A DNA stretch of 51,918 nucleotides from Chromera velia (taxonomy: Eukaryota), in assembly GCA_018398765.1 (NCBI GenBank), contig JAHBMJ010000276.1:1-51918 (forward strand), written 5' to 3'. Shown here in pieces: positions 50,925-51,918 of this stretch. Position 1 is the stretch's first letter, and each line of letters starts with the position of its first letter. Made by a program: the position numbers and the translations under genes. Below the pieces are notes generated by a model. The model saw only the letters and a program-made list of their open reading frames with translations, was not told where the DNA came from and made no database searches.

Positions 50925-51354
50925 GGGGGGGGTCGTGGCGACCCCCCCCGCCTCAGAAACTGGGAGACGGAGACTGAAGACCCAACTGGGACGACCGCCG
51001 TTCTCGCCGCCCAAGGTCCGTCTGATGGTCTCCATTCGACTGCAGCCTTTCGTTTCAGCACCTCCGACCCACACACTTGCCTGCTGTTCTGCTGGTCACT
51101 CCCTCGCACTCACCGGACGGGCCCCGCCGATCGCCCTACGCTTCCCAGTCCCGCCGTTCCAACTCAGGAAGCCATCCAGGCAGGCGTATTCTCGACCATT
51201 CATGGACATCCATGATTTAATATCGCTGCTCTCAGCGTGACTCTGTAGCTGTGTGAACCTTTTCCCTTCGTGCAGGTGTTCTGGGGTCCCTGCTTTCCGG
51301 TTGCCTGTCGTGTCCTTGCGTTTCTGCTTGCTCTCTTTCCTCTCTGCTTCCCCT

Positions 51355-51840
51355 CTCACTCACTCACTCACTCACTCACTCACTCACACCACCACTCGCT
51401 CACACCACTCACTCCACCATTCCCTTCGTCACTCACTCCACCACTCACTCCACCACTCACTTCACCACCCACTCCACCACCCACTCCACTGACTCCACCA
51501 CTCACTCCGCCACTCACTCACTCACTCACTCACTCACTCCACTCACTCACTCAATCAATCATTCACTCCACCACTCACTCCACCACCCACTCCACCACTC
51601 ACTCCACCACTCACTCACTCACTCACTCACCCACTCACTCACTCACTCACTCACTCACTCACTCCACTCACTCACTCACTCACTCAATCAATCATTCACT
51701 CCACCACTCACCCACTCACTCACTCACTCACTCACTTACTCACTCACTCACTCACTCACTCACTCAGTTGCTCCACTCATTCACTCCAATCACTCACTCC
51801 ACTCACTCACCCACCCACTCCCTCACTCACTCACTCACTC
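51355..51840. repeat. Compound (CACT)n / (CACTCACTCCAC)n satellite
   Basis: About 480 bp of CACT and CTCCACCACTCA units. Confidence 0.92.
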
Positions 51841-51918
51841 CTCTTCTCTTCTCTCTTCCCCTTATCTCTCTCTCTCATTTCTCTCCCTCCCCCACCCTCT
51901 CCCATCTCTCTCCCCCCC

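Noticed and set aside
50737..50950. Hairpin duplicated around the gap as a real repeat array
   Set aside because: Most simply one GC hairpin that stalled sequencing from both sides; it cannot be resolved without long reads.
49885..51240. 451-aa plus-strand ORF
   Set aside because: It spans the N gap, has no recognisable domain and overlaps the probable upstream region of paralogue 2.
51355..51840. Telomeric repeat
   Set aside because: The units are CACT-based like intronic satellites elsewhere in the window (28020-28340), not TTAGGG/TTTAGGG-type.

Overview
Intron-rich, microsatellite-laden eukaryotic genomic DNA. Its style (GT-AG introns packed with (CA)n/(GA)n/(CAGA)n/(CACT)n, a bipartite signal+Phe-type transit leader, frequent TGCATGCA) suggests a chromerid alveolate such as Chromera velia; this is inference, not a database match. 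Three minus-strand multi-exon genes were rebuilt by hand with phase-consistent GT-AG junctions: (1) a ~1,490-aa TPR protein with a C-terminal SGNH-hydrolase-like domain (4920-11983); (2) a 17-exon, ~3,460-aa protein with a plastid-type leader, a NYN (LabA/DUF88, PIN-fold) nuclease domain, an OST-HTH/LOTUS domain and a ~2,900-aa unrecognised tail (18013-35295); (3) a ~490-aa paralogue with the same leader-NYN-OST-HTH layout and intron positions (46308-49779). Intergenic islands are AT/TpA-rich and hold two divergently oriented decayed LINEs, another LINE-like 3' end with a (TGA)n tail and a second solo copy of that end, two TA-flanked MITEs, a piggyBac-like MITE, GAA-triloop hairpins, a decayed tRNA-like Pol III unit, a ~1.29-kb tandem duplication and an assembly gap. 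The best candidate for an undescribed system is the pair of putatively plastid-imported NYN-OST-HTH RNases. A CpA>TpA-biased decay of repeats is a second candidate.
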